Numbered from the stretch's first letter, positions 17,288-27,892 are shown. The stretch: 64,000 nucleotides of DNA from an uncultured Candidatus Saccharibacteria bacterium (GCA_963551735.1 CAUVHH010000001.1:211381-275380); one strand, 5' to 3'. Numbers and translations are program-made. The notes: generated by a model from the sequence alone, not told the origin.

Positions 17288-19303
17288 ATGAATAAAAATA
17301 GCGAAAAACTTATCAGAAGAGAGTCCGAGTTAAAAAGGTTAAACGATTTCCTGTCAAATTCCAAAGGAGGTTCTATCCTACTTGCTGGAGATAGGGGTTC
17401 GGGAAAAACAACTCTTGTTAATCTTGCAATCACGAAATTTCGTGAAAATCAAAAACCTAAATTTTTACGACGGCTTTTTCTAGACAACCAGATAGTTCTA
17501 TATATACCATTAATTATTCAATCATTCGATCCTAACAATAAGAGCAAGCAAGAAGAGCTCCCGTACAGGAGACTTTTGCTAAGAACCATAGCTAGAAGTA
17601 TGGAAAGTGAACTACTTACTAGGCGATATAGCAAGCTTGATTTACCTATGAGATGGTTCCGCTCAATTGGCTACATACAATCAGTACGCAAGCTAAAACC
17701 CTTAGTTGATAGTACCAACTTAGTGCGTGAATTATCCAGCAAAGGCAGCCTGAAAAGTCTCGGAAGCATATCATACAATTGGCAGCAAAATATTGATATC
17801 TCTGATGCTGTCATTGAAATGAAGCTAAGAGGTATATTTACAACATATTCAAAAAGCAACTCGATCATTATTGTTATTGATGAGCTAGATAAGCTTGAGG
17901 ATATGGGATTCAAGCCCGAAAGTATTGCGCTATTACTCAAGAACCTATTCAATGACACTGGCGTACATGTCATATTCATCTCAAATGAGCCAACAATAAA
18001 TCGCGTTCAGCAAAGAATAAAACAAGAACCGTTTTGTGCGGAACATACATTGTTTAGAGATATAATTCTCCTAAATCACCTACATCCATCTGAAATGGTC
18101 AATATTATCAATGAGGAAATCCAGAATTTGTCTAAGGCAGACAAGAGACAAGCGATTGCTTCCATGAGCCTAATATCGCAGTTAATGCCTTATAATATTT
18201 CCCTCTTACGGCAAAAGCTCGGTATTGATGGCGAGAATATTCTTTCTAAATTACAAAACGAGCTCGGGGATTATCGGTACCTTTATGAGTCAACGATACA
18301 TCTGTTTATAAACCATCTATATGAAAAATATTCCAAAAACTACGATCAATACCATAATCGCATACTATACAAAGCCTTGACCGAGGCAAGCAATAACCTA
18401 TTTAATCGTGAAATACGCTACATTAATTGGGAAACTATCGATTCAATATTTTATACTTCAAATATATTTATAAATTTACAAAATGAACTCATGGTGAAAG
18501 ATAAAGGAGAATATGAAGGTCAAATAGAAGACTGGCCAGATATTTGTATTCAGCTTCAAACCCTTAATGATCACGAACAGAAACATATACTAAATGCTGT
18601 CGAAGAATTAGTGGCAGTGCTTGATAGAGCTGGTTACTTGGATATGGAATTTGATTCTGGATATCCAACGATGCTGAACTTTAAGGCTTTTATGGGTGAT
18701 GCGTTCACTATAGTCAATATCAAGGACCATATAGATGACTACCTTGCTCCGACCAACAAAGAAAAAAGCATAGTAGACAATCTCAACACGATAGATGTTT
18801 TATATAAAATACTTATAGGTCGTTCTATATTTAAAGACCTTCTTTATATACCCGTTGACGAAGCGACCAGTTATAACAAGAAAATCCAAACACTTGACGG
18901 AAAAAATTATCACCGCACTATACGACCAGCTTGGAAGCCAATCAATGATCGACTTGCTGAAATTGATACTCAACTGATGAGTAGCCTTGCAAATATGATA
19001 ACGAGGGAGCTTCAAGCACGACTATATTATAGTACATTTGATATATCCTTAGACACCCAAAATTTAAGCGTAAAACTAGTCTTTAATTCAAAAACTTACA
19101 TCATACACCTTGCCTACAAGCCATGTGAACTAAATATTCTTGATTCTTATGAAAAACTATTTGTTCTGTACACTGGCAACAGGGCTCCTTTTAAGGACAA
19201 TAGCCCAAGGAAAGCTCGCCGCCAAATCAATTGCCACGGTAACTGGTCTAATCTTGAAACTGAGCTTAAAAATATAGTTTCTTATATAGACCAAAATAAG
19301 TAA
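17288..19303 (+). CDS. AT-rich orphan P-loop NTPase (AAA/STAND-like N-terminal ATPase, ~400-aa uncharacterised C-terminal region)
   Basis: 671-aa ORF. Walker A is ILLAGDRGSGKTTLV and Walker B is IIIVIDELDKLED. The N-terminal RRESELKRLNDFL lead-in resembles AAA_16/ORC-Cdc6-type STAND ATPases. One 60-nt line spot-counted at 18301 is about 27% G+C. Confidence 0.75.
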   Translation: MNKNSEKLIRRESELKRLNDFLSNSKGGSILLAGDRGSGKTTLVNLAITKFRENQKPKFLRRLFLDNQIVLYIPLIIQSFDPNNKSKQEELPYRRLLLRTIARSMESELLTRRYSKLDLPMRWFRSIGYIQSVRKLKPLVDSTNLVRELSSKGSLKSLGSISYNWQQNIDISDAVIEMKLRGIFTTYSKSNSIIIVIDELDKLEDMGFKPESIALLLKNLFNDTGVHVIFISNEPTINRVQQRIKQEPFCAEHTLFRDIILLNHLHPSEMVNIINEEIQNLSKADKRQAIASMSLISQLMPYNISLLRQKLGIDGENILSKLQNELGDYRYLYESTIHLFINHLYEKYSKNYDQYHNRILYKALTEASNNLFNREIRYINWETIDSIFYTSNIFINLQNELMVKDKGEYEGQIEDWPDICIQLQTLNDHEQKHILNAVEELVAVLDRAGYLDMEFDSGYPTMLNFKAFMGDAFTIVNIKDHIDDYLAPTNKEKSIVDNLNTIDVLYKILIGRSIFKDLLYIPVDEATSYNKKIQTLDGKNYHRTIRPAWKPINDRLAEIDTQLMSSLANMITRELQARLYYSTFDISLDTQNLSVKLVFNSKTYIIHLAYKPCELNILDSYEKLFVLYTGNRAPFKDNSPRKARRQINCHGNWSNLETELKNIVSYIDQNK

Positions 19304-19449
19304 CATGTTTGGAAACTATCCAAGTTTAAGTCTAACTACAACTAATTAGCCTTACTAGTAATTATCACCCTTATATAAGATTTACCCGCACAGATTCCAG
19401 GATGCAAACGACTATGAAACACATCGCACCGCTCCATAAAGCGCACATC

Positions 19450-20280
19450 TCAACAAAAATGCTCCACAATCTTATTGCCGGCGATGCCAAATCCAGTTAG
19501 CGTGTAAGTGCTCGACATGATGGATTGTCTGTGCGGCGGCGATTGCATCCAGGCGTTGAATGCTACGCGGCTGGTGTGCAGATCTGGCGGCGAAGTTTGC
19601 ACCAGATTCTCGGCTGGCGCGTTACAGACAGACCTCGCCTTAAGCAGTCCGTGCGGAATAGTTGTGCCTGGTTTATAATGGCTAAAATAATTATTCTCTT
19701 TCATGTCATTCGCCATCCACTGTGCTGTTCGATTAAGCGGCTCGTGCATCTTTAGTGGCTTCAGATTTTCCTTACTACGAGCATAATTAATCAGTTCAAG
19801 AATCTCCAAAGCATCTGGCGGGCCTATGTCATACTTTTTATCTTGGTCTGCTGGTTGCGGCTGCGAATTTGGAGTTGGATTTGGCTGCGAATTGCCGGGC
19901 TGCTGAGGTTGCGGAGCTGGCCGTTGGTTGTTTTTCGACGGCACGGCTGGACTCGACGGTGGTTGCGGTACTGGATTATGTTTCGGGCGTACAGGGTCGA
20001 TTCTCTGCTCTCTTTGGTTTGGCTGCAGTTTTCCAGGTTTCTTCTCTTGCTGGTTCGGCGTAGTTTGTTTAGGATTAGAGCTTGTGCTAGATTTACTGCC
20101 GTCAGAGTTATTGCTAGAATCGGAATTATCAGAGCCAGAATTAGAACTGGTAGTTGTCTTTTGCTGCTGATTAGCACTACCCGCATCTTTCGACACAGCA
20201 CGCACAGCAATATATAAGCCTATTCCTACCCCCGCTAGTATTAAAATAACTAGTATAATTACAAGTTTTTGTTTTTTCAT
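19450..20280 (-). CDS. CAP/SCP-domain (YkwD-like) secreted protein with TM anchor and S/N/P/Q low-complexity linker
   Basis: The C-terminal ILELINYARSKENLKPLKMHEPLNRTAQWMANDM...YFSH...AENL...AFNAWMQSPPHRQSIM matches CAP-domain motifs. A hydrophobic helix sits at the N-terminus. Confidence 0.8.
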   Translation of the reverse strand: MKKQKLVIILVILILAGVGIGLYIAVRAVSKDAGSANQQQKTTTSSNSGSDNSDSSNNSDGSKSSTSSNPKQTTPNQQEKKPGKLQPNQREQRIDPVRPKHNPVPQPPSSPAVPSKNNQRPAPQPQQPGNSQPNPTPNSQPQPADQDKKYDIGPPDALEILELINYARSKENLKPLKMHEPLNRTAQWMANDMKENNYFSHYKPGTTIPHGLLKARSVCNAPAENLVQTSPPDLHTSRVAFNAWMQSPPHRQSIMSSTYTLTGFGIAGNKIVEHFC

Positions 20281-20370
20281 ACTTTGATTGTAGCAAGGAA
20301 ACTGGTTATGTCAATCCGGAGGTAGCGGCCTGCAAAAATAGCCAAAGCATAGTGTATAATAATAGTCAGC

Positions 20371-20445
20371 GCGGGTATCGTATAACGGCTATTATGTATG
20401 CTTCCCAAGCATGAGACGAGGGTTCGACTCCCTCTACCCGCACCA
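20371..20445 (+). tRNA. tRNA-Gly (anticodon CCC), CCA encoded
   Basis: Hand fold: acceptor GCGGGTA/TACCCGC, anticodon arm TATGC-TTCCCAA-GCATG, T arm GAGGG-TTCGACT-CCCTC. Length 75 nt. Confidence 0.9.
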
Positions 20446-20502
20446 ATTCAAACTATTATCATGAGCCTTTAAGATAACGCTGGCACGCGTTATAATTAAA
20501 AT

Positions 20503-21666
20503 ATGAAAAGAGCTGTCACGAAGAGGCTGCTTCCACTGTATGTTGGCAAGTTCTTCTTAAGCTTTGTACTTTGGTATTCAATTGAAAAATTATTTATAAG
20601 AAGTATCGGCATCGACAATTTTGGAATTAGTTTGATCGCGATTGTTCTGCTGATATCATCCGTTCTGACCGAAATTCCATCAGGAATTATCGCGGATCGC
20701 TGGAGCCGCAAGGGTTCAATGGTGCTGGCTGGGCTGTTCTTAGGAATTAGCAGCTTGATGGCCGGCGCTAGCGATAATATCTTTATGTATGCCGCCGCTG
20801 TGACTATTTGGGGTCTTCATGATGCTTTTTCGAGCGGAACTGGCGCAGCTATGATTTACGATACGCTGCTCGAGGAGCAAGGGCACGCCAGGAACTTTAA
20901 TCGAGCGCTAGGACTATACGAGACTTTAGGTGGGATAGCGTTGATTATCAGTAACTTTTTAGGCGGCTGGATCGGCGAACACTCGCTGATACTGGCATTT
21001 AATTTAACGATTATTCCAGTTGCGGTATCTATGGTCTGTCATCTGATATATAAAGATGCAAAAATTAGCCGCGAGGTGGCTGATGAAAAACTTATCAAAC
21101 ATACTAAAAATACATTCAAATGCGTTTTCAAAAGTAAAAGCCTACTCTGGCTGATGACTGCGATTATGATAGTCTTTTGTGTCCAAAAGATGAATCGCGA
21201 AGCTTATCAGCTGTGGTATATTGCGTTGTCGGCCCCGGCGATAGTATTTGGCATCGCTGGTTCGTTCATAGAAGGCTTGGGCGGACTGGGCGGCTCGTTG
21301 GTTAAATATCTCAGCTCAAAGCAAATAAATATAGTTTTGTCGATTTTGCTAGGCTTGGCGTCGCTCGCGCTTTCGGTAGGCAGTAATTTATGGATAACTA
21401 TCGCCGCGCAGGTTTTAATAGCGGTGGTCTCGGGGGCGCTGTTATTTCATTTTACCGCACAGATACAACACCAGTTGCCGTCGCGATACCGCACAGGTTC
21501 TGGTTCGGTGATAAATGCCGTGGGGCGAATTGTCCTCATACCGCTAACGTTTGTGTTTGGAGTTTTGTCAAACCAAAGCGTTTTCATCGCTGGTTGGATG
21601 TTGGTGGTTTTATCAGGACTAGCTGTTTTCGTGCAGCTAAAGCTTGATGAGCAAGCTTCACCGTAG
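20503..21666 (+). CDS. MFS transporter
   Basis: 387 aa with about 12 hydrophobic segments. The MFS loop motif is GIIADRWSRKGSM, between TM2 and TM3. Confidence 0.8.
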   Translation: MKRAVTKRLLPLYVGKFFLSFVLWYSIEKLFIRSIGIDNFGISLIAIVLLISSVLTEIPSGIIADRWSRKGSMVLAGLFLGISSLMAGASDNIFMYAAAVTIWGLHDAFSSGTGAAMIYDTLLEEQGHARNFNRALGLYETLGGIALIISNFLGGWIGEHSLILAFNLTIIPVAVSMVCHLIYKDAKISREVADEKLIKHTKNTFKCVFKSKSLLWLMTAIMIVFCVQKMNREAYQLWYIALSAPAIVFGIAGSFIEGLGGLGGSLVKYLSSKQINIVLSILLGLASLALSVGSNLWITIAAQVLIAVVSGALLFHFTAQIQHQLPSRYRTGSGSVINAVGRIVLIPLTFVFGVLSNQSVFIAGWMLVVLSGLAVFVQLKLDEQASP

Positions 21667-21748
21667 TAGCGTACTTCCCATCCCAGCCCATCTGTGCTAC
21701 AATAAGTCACCAAAGGAAGGTCTGCTGTTAATCCCAGACCATATTTTT

Positions 21749-23578
21749 ATGAAGGACGCTAGCAAGATTCGAAATATTGCCATTATTGCCCACGTCGATC
21801 ACGGCAAAACGACCATGGTTGATGGGCTGCTCAAACAGTCGCGCACATTCCGCGACAACCAGGCTGAGATGAGCCAAGAACTAATCATGGATTCGGGCGA
21901 TCAAGAGCACGAGCGCGGTATCACCATCACCGCCAAACAGACCTCGATTTTTTACGGCGATTATAAAATCAACATCATCGACACACCGGGGCACGCCGAT
22001 TTTTCGGGCGAGGTCGAACGGACGCTACAGATGGCAGACGGTGTGCTGCTGATCGTCGATGCGCAGGAAGGGCCGATGCCGCAGACGAAGTTTGTACTTT
22101 CGAAGGCTTTAGAGCTGGGGCTAAAACCGGTAGTGGTGATCAATAAAATTGACAAACCTGCCCGGCGAATTGCCGAGGTTGAAGATGAGCTAAGCGATCT
22201 ATTTTTGGAGCTAGCGACTGATGATAGTCAGCTGCATTATCCGATTTATTATGCCGTTGGGCGCGATGGCAAGGCGTGGCGGGAGATCCCTACTGACCCG
22301 ACTGAAGACGCCGATCTCACACCAATTTTTGAAGCAATTATCAACGATATCCCGGCACCGAGTGTCACGGCTGATGGCGGTTTTCAGATGTTGGTGACCA
22401 GCCTACAGTATGACACGTTCCAGGGCAAATATGCCATTGGGCGGATTGCTCGCGGGTCGGTCAAGCGCGGCCTAGCGGTTAGCCTGATGAAACAGGGCGA
22501 AGTGTCGGGCTCAGCGCGAATTGAGAAAGTCTTTGGCTACCGCGGGCTGAACCGCGAAGAGCTTGAGGAGGCGTTTGCTGGCGACATTGTGGCACTGGTC
22601 GGTGTAGCTGAAGCGCACATTGGCGATACGATTGCTGATAAAGAACACCCCGAATCCTTGCCGGCGATTGCCATTGAAGCGCCGACGCTGAGCATGTACC
22701 TCGGCCCAAACACTAGCCCGATGAAAGGTCGCGAGGGCGAATTTACCACCTCGCGGCAAATTGGCGACCGATTGCGGCGAGAGCTGGAAACCAACGTGGC
22801 ACTGCGCGTCGAGGAAAACGGCATCGGCTTTACGGTGTCTGGCCGCGGCGAGCTGCACCTGAGCGTCTTGATCGAGACCATGCGGCGCGAAGGCTTTGAG
22901 TTTGAAGTCGGCCGTCCGCAAGTGGTCACCATCACCGAGGACGGTGTCGAAAAAGAGCCGATTGAAGAATTACAAATCGAGATTAGCAGCGAATTCATCG
23001 GCGCGATCAGCCAGGAGCTCGGTGCGCGCCACGCTGAAATGAAGTCGCAGGAAACCACCGCTAGCGGCGCTACCCGCATCACCTACGTGCTGCCGACGAG
23101 AGCGTTGATTGGTCTGCGAAACGTACTGTTGACCGCCACCAAAGGCACGGTGATCATGAATTCCCTGCCGTACGGCTATCAACCGCTGGGCGGCAAATTG
23201 CCAAAAACCCGCGGCGGCGTACTCATCGCCTTTGAAGCTGGCACCACCACGCCGTATGCGCTGCAAGCGGCCGAGGCGCGCGGCGAACTCTTGGTCGGAC
23301 CTGGCACGGAAGTGTACGCTGGGATGATCGTCGGTATTTACAACCGCCAAGAAGACATTGAAATCAACGTCTGTAAAGCTAAGCACCTGACCAACATGCG
23401 TTCCAAATCATCCGACGGCACGGTACAATTGACGCCATTTACGCAGTTTAGCCTGGAGCAATGCATCGACTTCATCGAGGACGACGAGCTGTTGGAGGTG
23501 ACGCCAAAGTCCCTGCGTCTGCGCAAACGCTACCTCGATGCCAATGAGCGAAAGCGCGCTAGCAAAAGTAAGTTTTAA
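21749..23578 (+). CDS. typA: Translational GTPase TypA/BipA
   Basis: The start is at [23 protein letters not shown] motifs DTPGH and NKID are present, and the BipA-like C-terminal region is conserved. The upstream part of the track ORF overlaps the MFS gene. Confidence 0.95.
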   Translation: MKDASKIRNIAIIAHVDHGKTTMVDGLLKQSRTFRDNQAEMSQELIMDSGDQEHERGITITAKQTSIFYGDYKINIIDTPGHADFSGEVERTLQMADGVLLIVDAQEGPMPQTKFVLSKALELGLKPVVVINKIDKPARRIAEVEDELSDLFLELATDDSQLHYPIYYAVGRDGKAWREIPTDPTEDADLTPIFEAIINDIPAPSVTADGGFQMLVTSLQYDTFQGKYAIGRIARGSVKRGLAVSLMKQGEVSGSARIEKVFGYRGLNREELEEAFAGDIVALVGVAEAHIGDTIADKEHPESLPAIAIEAPTLSMYLGPNTSPMKGREGEFTTSRQIGDRLRRELETNVALRVEENGIGFTVSGRGELHLSVLIETMRREGFEFEVGRPQVVTITEDGVEKEPIEELQIEISSEFIGAISQELGARHAEMKSQETTASGATRITYVLPTRALIGLRNVLLTATKGTVIMNSLPYGYQPLGGKLPKTRGGVLIAFEAGTTTPYALQAAEARGELLVGPGTEVYAGMIVGIYNRQEDIEINVCKAKHLTNMRSKSSDGTVQLTPFTQFSLEQCIDFIEDDELLEVTPKSLRLRKRYLDANERKRASKSKF

Positions 23579-23611
23579 TTTTAATATAAATATAAATAGG
23601 AGGGGGTAACT

Positions 23612-25261
23612 ATGACAAAAAAATGGCGCGACGTTAACGGATTTTATCAAATCTATCCGCGATCGTTTAAGGATTCTAATGGCGATGGCGTCGGCGATTT
23701 GCGCGGCGTAATCGATAAGCTCGATTATATTAAGGGCGGCGACAATTCGCTTGGCATTGATGCAATTTGGTTTTCGCCATTTTATCCGTCGCCGCAAGCT
23801 GATATGGGCTACGACGTGGCGAACTACTGTGATATTGATCCGATTTTCGGCTCGCTTGATGATTTCAAAGAGTTGGTCGAGAAAGCGCACGCTCGCGACA
23901 TCAAAGTAATGGTCGATTTCGTACCCAATCATACTAGCAACCAGCATCCGTGGTTTGTTGAATCGCAAAGCTCCAAGGACAACGACAAGAGCGATTTTTA
24001 CGTTTGGCGCGACGCTAAGCCTGATGGTTCAGAACCGAACAACTGGCTGAGTATTTTTGGCGGGTCGGCGTGGCAGTGGCACGAAGGGCGCCAGCAATAT
24101 TACTTACACACATTCCTGAAAGAACAGCCAGATCTCAACTGGGATAACCCTAAGGTACGCCGCGAAATGCAAGACGTACTGCGCTTTTGGCTAGATCTCG
24201 GTGTCGATGGCTTTCGAGCGGACGCGGTACGTTGGATCAGCAAAGACCCAGAGCTGCGCGACGACCCAGTCGCCGAGCACTATCACGATAAGAAACCGCC
24301 GACACAATTCGATGATTTGCAGCATAAGTACAGCCGCTTCTGGGATAACCTTTTCCCGTATTTGCGGGAGCTAACGGATATAGTTGCCTCATATCCGAAT
24401 CGAATCATGGTTTTTGAAGATTATCCAGATGAAAACTATAGCACTAGCGAACAATACTTGGGTTTTTATGGCGTCAATCCAAAAGTGTCAATGCCATTCA
24501 ATTTTGAAGGATTACACGCCAAATTTAATGCCGAGTCGATGAGCACAATCGTCAACGAATTCCAAGGCATGATCAACCCCGACGTGCACACACCCGTCTA
24601 TTGTTTTAGTAATCACGACCAATCGCGCATCGTTACGCGCTTTGGCGGCGAAAAGCAAGCTCGCTTGATTGCGTTGATGCAACTGACACTACCAGGGCTG
24701 CCAGTAATATATTACGGTGACGAGATTGGCATGAATAATGGACCAATTCGCTTTGAAGAGATCCAGGATAAGTCGGTCTTTAGCCACGGCAATGACGAAT
24801 CTGTCGGGCGCGACCCAGAACGCACGCCGATGCAATGGACGGCTGGCCAAAATGCTGGATTCAGTACCGCTAAACCATGGCTGCCAGTAAATCCTGCTTG
24901 CCAGAACGTCAATGTAGAATCAGAGCAGAACGAACCAGACTCATTTTTGGCGCTATACCGCCGCTTGTTGACGTTGCGCAGCCGCTACGAAATCCTGCGT
25001 ACTGGCGAATACGAACCGCTCAGCGATACAGACAATGACATATTTGCTTACGCGCGATGGATTGGCCGAGAGCAGCATGTCTTTGTCGCATTAAATTTCG
25101 GCGACACCAAACACCGTGTTACGCTACCACATACCGGCAGTGTCTTATGCGCCACACACCCAACCGACTACCCCGAGGTTACCGATGACGGCTCGGTAGA
25201 GCTACGCCCATACGAAGGCGTATTAATCGGATGCAGCGAGCACCGGCTATCAATTGAATAA
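23612..25261 (+). CDS. GH13 alpha-glucosidase / oligo-1,6-glucosidase family enzyme
   Basis: AGGAGGGGG RBS. GH13 conserved regions are DFVPNHTS, GVDGFRADAV, MVFED and FSNHDQSR. The N-terminus, FYQIYPRSFKDSNGDGVGDL, is typical of the oligo-1,6-glucosidase subfamily. Confidence 0.9.
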   Translation: MTKKWRDVNGFYQIYPRSFKDSNGDGVGDLRGVIDKLDYIKGGDNSLGIDAIWFSPFYPSPQADMGYDVANYCDIDPIFGSLDDFKELVEKAHARDIKVMVDFVPNHTSNQHPWFVESQSSKDNDKSDFYVWRDAKPDGSEPNNWLSIFGGSAWQWHEGRQQYYLHTFLKEQPDLNWDNPKVRREMQDVLRFWLDLGVDGFRADAVRWISKDPELRDDPVAEHYHDKKPPTQFDDLQHKYSRFWDNLFPYLRELTDIVASYPNRIMVFEDYPDENYSTSEQYLGFYGVNPKVSMPFNFEGLHAKFNAESMSTIVNEFQGMINPDVHTPVYCFSNHDQSRIVTRFGGEKQARLIALMQLTLPGLPVIYYGDEIGMNNGPIRFEEIQDKSVFSHGNDESVGRDPERTPMQWTAGQNAGFSTAKPWLPVNPACQNVNVESEQNEPDSFLALYRRLLTLRSRYEILRTGEYEPLSDTDNDIFAYARWIGREQHVFVALNFGDTKHRVTLPHTGSVLCATHPTDYPEVTDDGSVELRPYEGVLIGCSEHRLSIE

Positions 25262-25267
25262 AAAACT

Positions 25268-25291
25268 GGCCGCTCTAGAAAAGGAGCGGCC
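25268..25291. terminator. Shared hairpin terminator between convergent genes
   Basis: 8-bp stem GGCCGCTC/GAGCGGCC. A T5 run follows on the minus strand, and a weaker U-rich tract follows on the plus strand. Confidence 0.5.
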
Positions 25292-25318
25292 TATTCGTAT
25301 AGAGAAACTTTTGGTATT

Positions 25319-26659
25319 TTAATTAACCAGAGTCTCTTTCACGCGCCTAGAAACAAAGAAGTATAAACAAAGCAATCCCATAGAAATCCCGCTAGCAATG
25401 ATAGTGCTAACCATACTAATAATTGAGTCAGTGTTCGGAGGTCTTTTGATCACGCTATCAACTACCGCAGAACTTGCTGAATAGAAGAACGAGGCTACCA
25501 GCGCCGCAACCGCCAGCCACTTGCCAAGTTTCTTTTGCAGATTAATAAGCACCACCGCGACAGTAGTCAGTACAGCAATGATTGGCATGAATATCACCGA
25601 AACGACAGCCGATGGATCGCCTAGGTTTAACAACGAGGTAAAAAACAAACCAACCGAACAAACGCCATCAATCGCTAGACACACCATGAAAAATGCGAGC
25701 CAGCCCTTGACACCTTTGAGCGACTGCGCCATAACAACATACTGGACTGGCGCCGCTTGCGGCTGTGCGAAATATTGCTGATTGACTTGCTGCTGTTCAT
25801 AAGGAACATTCTGCTCAGCTGGCGCTGGCCCGTACTGCGAATCGACAGCGCCTGGCTGATGAATATTTGGTTGTGGCTGCTGTGGCGACTGATTAGAATA
25901 TTGCGGCGAAACTACATATTGGCCGTTTAGAGAAGTATTCGCATAATACGCTGGCTTTTCATTCTGGTATTTAAAAACGTTAACACACCAAGCAATTCCT
26001 AATATCATCACGCCGAAAGGTATAGGCAAAAAGAACGCCGCATCGCCAAAACCTACCACAGAATAGAAGTTTAAATAAATCCAAAAAACAACAAAAGATA
26101 TGACCGATATAGAAAGCGTACAGGCAGCTGCAATTTTGGCTACTAGTTTGTTTTTACTCGGCAAGTAAGCTATCCACAAAATTATAGACGACATCACCGA
26201 CAGCGCCAGCACAATCGGCATGACTATTTTCACAACTTGAATCAGATAATAGTTTGCTTCGCTCGAAAAGTCTTTCATCGAACCATTCATGCTGAACAAA
26301 CCAATCGGAAGACCTATCGTCAAGAATAAACTGATCGCGTAAACAATCGACAATCCGATAACGTTGCTTTTTCTTGAATAGTTGACATAAACGTATTGAT
26401 ATTGAGTCTGGTTCTGGTAAGCTTGTGGCGAAGTGGCTGCCGTCGGTTGGTTCTGCTGTTCGGGTTGCGCTTGCGCCTGTTCAATTTGCGACATTGGCTG
26501 CTGGACTTGCTCTACCTGCGGCGGTTGAATTTGTCCGCCTGAGACTGGTTGAGTAACACTTTGCGGCAACTGAATCTGCTCGCCTTGGCTTGCCTGAGCG
26601 CCATCTTGCTGCTGATTAGATTTGCGCTGCTCGGATTTCTTTGCATTCTTGCTACTCAT
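25319..26659 (-). CDS. Hypothetical multi-pass membrane protein with two Q/P-rich low-complexity regions
   Basis: 446-aa ORF. It has a Q-rich N-terminus, four or more TM helices, a second Q/P-rich linker, and a further TM bundle (KGWLAFFMVCLAIDGV...). Confidence 0.6.
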   Translation of the reverse strand: MSSKNAKKSEQRKSNQQQDGAQASQGEQIQLPQSVTQPVSGGQIQPPQVEQVQQPMSQIEQAQAQPEQQNQPTAATSPQAYQNQTQYQYVYVNYSRKSNVIGLSIVYAISLFLTIGLPIGLFSMNGSMKDFSSEANYYLIQVVKIVMPIVLALSVMSSIILWIAYLPSKNKLVAKIAAACTLSISVISFVVFWIYLNFYSVVGFGDAAFFLPIPFGVMILGIAWCVNVFKYQNEKPAYYANTSLNGQYVVSPQYSNQSPQQPQPNIHQPGAVDSQYGPAPAEQNVPYEQQQVNQQYFAQPQAAPVQYVVMAQSLKGVKGWLAFFMVCLAIDGVCSVGLFFTSLLNLGDPSAVVSVIFMPIIAVLTTVAVVLINLQKKLGKWLAVAALVASFFYSASSAVVDSVIKRPPNTDSIISMVSTIIASGISMGLLCLYFFVSRRVKETLVN

Positions 26660-26698
26660 ACATTTAATGTACCATACTATTTATGTTTATGACGCGTG

Positions 26699-27892
26699 TT
26701 AGCGATTCGAGACCTCTTTCCTAACCTCTTCCGGCAAGAATCCTTTTTCGTGCTGAAAGCCAGCTTGCCATTTGTAATCTTTACTGTAGCCCAAATCTTT
26801 CATCAACTTAGTGGCGGCATTTCTAAGATGCAGCGGCACTGGTGAATTCGGATATTTGTGCGCCAGAGAAAAGGCGTCATTCATCAAATCAGTAATTTCG
26901 CGCGATTTCTGGCTGCGAGCCAGAGCTATGGCGCAGTGGAATAAATTATATTTAGCTTCGGGCAAGCCAACGCGCTCCACCGCCTCAAAAGTGGCGACCG
27001 CCAAACTCAACGCACCATTGCCAGCTAGACCAATGTCTTCTGACGCAAAGACCACCATCCGCCGAGCGATGAATTTCGGGTCTTCGCCAGCGTCAATCAT
27101 CCGTGCCAAATAATATGCCGCAGCCACCGCATCACTACCACGCAGCGACTTGATAAACGCCGAGATAACGTCATAATGCGCATCGCCCTTTTTGTCATAG
27201 CCCGGCAAACGCCGCTGAGCCGCTGCCTTGACAATCTCTGGTGTAACTTTCTCGCCAAAGCTCAGCGCCAATTCCAAATTACCCAGCGCCACCCGCGCGT
27301 CGCCGTCCGCCAATTCCGCCAGATAGTCCAGAGCCTTGGGCGACACCCGCTTGGTTTGTTTCAAAGTCTTCAGCGCTCGCTTCAGCACCAATATAATTTC
27401 ATCTTTGGTCAGCTGCTGCAACATCAACACCCGCGTCCGGCTGAGCAGCGGCGTGATCACCTCAAAGCTCGGGTTCTCAGTGGTCGCCCCAATCAACGTA
27501 ATCAGCCCGCTCTCAACGTGCGGTAAAAAGGCGTCCTGCTGCGCCTTGTTAAAGCGGTGAATTTCATCAACGAATAGAATCGTCCGTAGGCCCAAATTCC
27601 AATTCTGCCGAGCATGTTCAATTACCTTTTCGACATCTTTTTTGCCGCTGGTCACCGCTGACAGCTCAACAAATTCAGCATTGACTTCGCGGGCAATGAT
27701 CCGCGCTAGGGTAGTCTTGCCTGTCCCCGGCGGCCCCCACAAAATCAAGCTAACCGGCTCACCGCGCCGGGCAATCTGGCGGAGCAGCTCGCCCTCGCCC
27801 AGCAAATGACTCTGTCCAATCACCTCATCCAGCGTTTGCGGCCGCATCTGCTCAGCCAACGGTATTCGTCCCATAGTTATATTATACGCCAA
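26699..27892 (-). CDS. rarA: Replication-associated recombination protein A (RarA/MgsA AAA+ ATPase)
   Basis: RPQTLDEVIGQSHLLG, Walker A LWGPPGTGKTTLA, Walker B LFVDEIHRFNK, and the C-terminal MgsA motifs (DAHYDVISAFIKSLRGSD) are present. Confidence 0.92.
   Translation of the reverse strand: MAYNITMGRIPLAEQMRPQTLDEVIGQSHLLGEGELLRQIARRGEPVSLILWGPPGTGKTTLARIIAREVNAEFVELSAVTSGKKDVEKVIEHARQNWNLGLRTILFVDEIHRFNKAQQDAFLPHVESGLITLIGATTENPSFEVITPLLSRTRVLMLQQLTKDEIILVLKRALKTLKQTKRVSPKALDYLAELADGDARVALGNLELALSFGEKVTPEIVKAAAQRRLPGYDKKGDAHYDVISAFIKSLRGSDAVAAAYYLARMIDAGEDPKFIARRMVVFASEDIGLAGNGALSLAVATFEAVERVGLPEAKYNLFHCAIALARSQKSREITDLMNDAFSLAHKYPNSPVPLHLRNAATKLMKDLGYSKDYKWQAGFQHEKGFLPEEVRKEVSNR

Noticed and set aside
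19824-20217. Overlapping ORFs on both strands in the 5' third of the CAP-domain gene
   Set aside because: They are artefacts of the low-complexity S/N/P/Q-coding repeat, and only the 276-aa frame ends in a recognisable CAP domain.
17196-20448. 13-nt direct repeat ACCCGCACCAATT at the 3' ends of tRNA-Gly(GCC) (17196-17208) and tRNA-Gly(CCC) (20436-20448), considered as boundaries of a 3.2-kb island
   Set aside because: Ten of the 13 nt are the shared acceptor stem, discriminator and CCA of two glycine tRNAs, so the match is expected. The CAP-domain gene between them has host-like composition. The tighter repeat at 19382-19396 is the more plausible island border.
22479-23386. Several 76-181-aa minus-strand ORFs inside typA
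   Set aside because: They are antisense to a highly conserved translational GTPase and have no independent support.
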